Assembly (NCBI GenBank): GCA_938005475.1 | Contig: CALLNY010000031.1 | Coordinates: 1 to 64,000 of the forward strand | Direction of reading: 5' to 3' | From: an uncultured Bacteroidia bacterium | GTDB taxonomy: Bacteria; Bacteroidota; Bacteroidia; J057; CALLMJ01 | Length of the DNA: 64,000 nt | In this document: positions 62,636 through 64,000 of the stretch, in pieces | Layout: each line of letters begins with the position of its first letter | How positions within the stretch are numbered: the stretch's first letter is position 1 | Position numbers and translations under genes: made by a program | Notes under the pieces: generated by a model | Database searches by the model: none | Told to the model about the DNA's origin: nothing | What the model saw: only the letters and a program-made list of their open reading frames with translations

Positions 62636-63442
62636 ATGTATAGATATTTTTTGCTGATAATCAGCATAGTAGTAGGTATAAGTTGTACAAACAAGTACGC
62701 AAAGATGGCTAAAAAAGGTAGTATTGCGGAAAAGGACTCTGCGGCAGTTTATTTTTTTAACAAAAAAAATTATGAAACAGCAATGCCTATATTAGAAGAG
62801 TTATTAGGGGTATATAGAGGAACTGCACGCTACCAAAAAATTTTATATTTTTATGCTTATTGTAAGTACGGAATGCATGATTACCTTACAGCCGCTTTTT
62901 ATTTTGAAGAATTTACCAAACAATTTCCCAGTTCTGAATATACTGAAGATTGTCAGTTTATGATAGCGAATTGCTATCGGGCTATGTCTGCTGATTATAT
63001 TTTAGACCAATCTGAGACCCAAAAAGCTATAGAAAACTTTGAGTTTTTTATAGAACAATATCCTATGTCGCCGAGAGTAGAAAAAGCGGAAACTTATATT
63101 AAAGAACTCCGCGAAAAACTTATGATTAAAGCTTTTGAGCAAGCTAATCTGTACTATAAAATTGGTTATTATAAGTCCGCAGTGGTTGCCTTTAAAAATT
63201 TTATTTCTGATTATCCAGGCTCTCTCTATCGAGAGGAAGCCGCTTATAAAATGATAAAATCTTCATTAGAATACGCTAAACAAAGTATTGAAACAAAACA
63301 AGCGGAACGATATCAAACAACTCTTGACTTATATCAAAAATTCGTAGAACGGTACCCTACCAGTAAATATCTTAAAGATGCAGAAAATTGCTACTCTGAA
63401 GCACAAAAAAATTTAGAAAGAATCAAAAAAAATTTACAGTAA
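62636..63442 (+). CDS. bamD: Outer-membrane protein assembly factor BamD (TPR lipoprotein)
   Basis: A lipoprotein signal is followed by TPR-like repeats. Position immediately upstream of rpoZ-coaBC supports the call. Confidence 0.7.
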   Translation: MYRYFLLIISIVVGISCTNKYAKMAKKGSIAEKDSAAVYFFNKKNYETAMPILEELLGVYRGTARYQKILYFYAYCKYGMHDYLTAAFYFEEFTKQFPSSEYTEDCQFMIANCYRAMSADYILDQSETQKAIENFEFFIEQYPMSPRVEKAETYIKELREKLMIKAFEQANLYYKIGYYKSAVVAFKNFISDYPGSLYREEAAYKMIKSSLEYAKQSIETKQAERYQTTLDLYQKFVERYPTSKYLKDAENCYSEAQKNLERIKKNLQ

Positions 63443-63443
63443 T

Positions 63444-63749
63444 ATGAATATACCTGAAAATTTGGAAACTAGTATCCAACCATTAGATTTATTTAAAATC
63501 ATTGATGAAACAGGGAACATCTATAAAGCTTTGATGGTTATGAGTAAGCGAGCTAATATGCTTTCTCAACAGATGAAACAAGAAATTTTAAATAGATTAA
63601 CAGACTTTTCTAGTTATTCGGATAGTGTTGAAGAAATCGTTGAAAATCGCGAACAAATTGAAATATCCAAAATGTATGAGCAAATGCCGAAACCTACTAT
63701 CATCGCTTTATATGAGTATCAAAATCGCCTTATAGAGTGGAAAGAATAG
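63444..63749 (+). CDS. rpoZ: DNA-directed RNA polymerase subunit omega
   Basis: About 100 aa with the block [15 protein letters not shown], resembling omega helix 2. Gene order supports the call. Confidence 0.55.
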   Translation: MNIPENLETSIQPLDLFKIIDETGNIYKALMVMSKRANMLSQQMKQEILNRLTDFSSYSDSVEEIVENREQIEISKMYEQMPKPTIIALYEYQNRLIEWKE

Positions 63750-64000
63750 ACTTTTCCGATTTAAATTCTGATCGACCCCTGAAAGGCAAAAAAATCCTTT
63801 TAGGGGTTTGTGGTAGCATTGCCGCTTATAAATCTGTTTTTCTTTTAAGACTACTACAAAAACAAGGTGCAGAGGTGCAAGTGATAATGACTAACAATGC
63901 AAAGCAATTTGTTACGCCATTAACTTTTTCTACTTTATCCCAAAACCCTGTTTTTTCTTATTTATGGCATGAATCCACAGGAAACCAAGACTGGTCCCAG
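63737..64000 (+). CDS. coaBC: Bifunctional phosphopantothenoylcysteine decarboxylase / phosphopantothenate-cysteine ligase, 5' fragment (runs off window)
   Basis: The flavoprotein N-terminus is [35 protein letters not shown]. The only in-frame start is GTG at 63737, overlapping the rpoZ stop. Confidence 0.6.
   Translation, partial: MERIDFSDLNSDRPLKGKKILLGVCGSIAAYKSVFLLRLLQKQGAEVQVIMTNNAKQFVTPLTFSTLSQNPVFSYLWHESTGNQDWSQ

Overview
This is an AT-rich (~35% GC) chromosomal segment that looks like a gliding Bacteroidota (Cytophagia/Saprospiria-like) genome. The evidence is two large cell-surface proteins with T9SS C-terminal sorting domains and Bacteroidota-style gene order (bamD-rpoZ-coaBC and nusG-secE-tRNATrp-tuf-tRNA cluster). 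The housekeeping backbone comprises crcB, mnmA, miaA, hemL, obg, rpoB/rpoC, rplK-A-J-L, nusG, secE, tuf, thiD, sucB, bamD, rpoZ, a partial coaBC, and 13 tRNA genes in four clusters. Three accessory features stand out. First, an 819-aa ORF at 10135-12594 on the minus strand reads as a bacterial homologue of the eukaryotic major vault protein (MVP). Second, at 28200-36035 on the minus strand there is a compact type III-A CRISPR-Cas effector operon (cas6-cas10-csm2-csm3-csm4-csm5-csm6). Its Cas10 has no recognisable HD nuclease domain but keeps the GGDD cyclase motif. There is no cas1/cas2. Only a decayed repeat region and a perfect 18-bp palindrome lie in the leader-side intergenic stretch, and an XerC/D-type recombinase sits beside the operon. 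Third, a decayed integrated-element remnant lies immediately 3' of a tRNA-Lys x3 / tRNA-Leu cluster. It contains a truncated, frameshifted 2OG-Fe(II) oxygenase gene, a frameshifted IS4/IS5-family transposase, and an N-terminally truncated tail-fibre-like protein with an S74 chaperone domain. All calls rest on reading the six-frame translations and motifs by eye, without database searches. Product names are similarity-based inferences, and coordinates of RNA genes and motifs are hand-counted (±2 nt).
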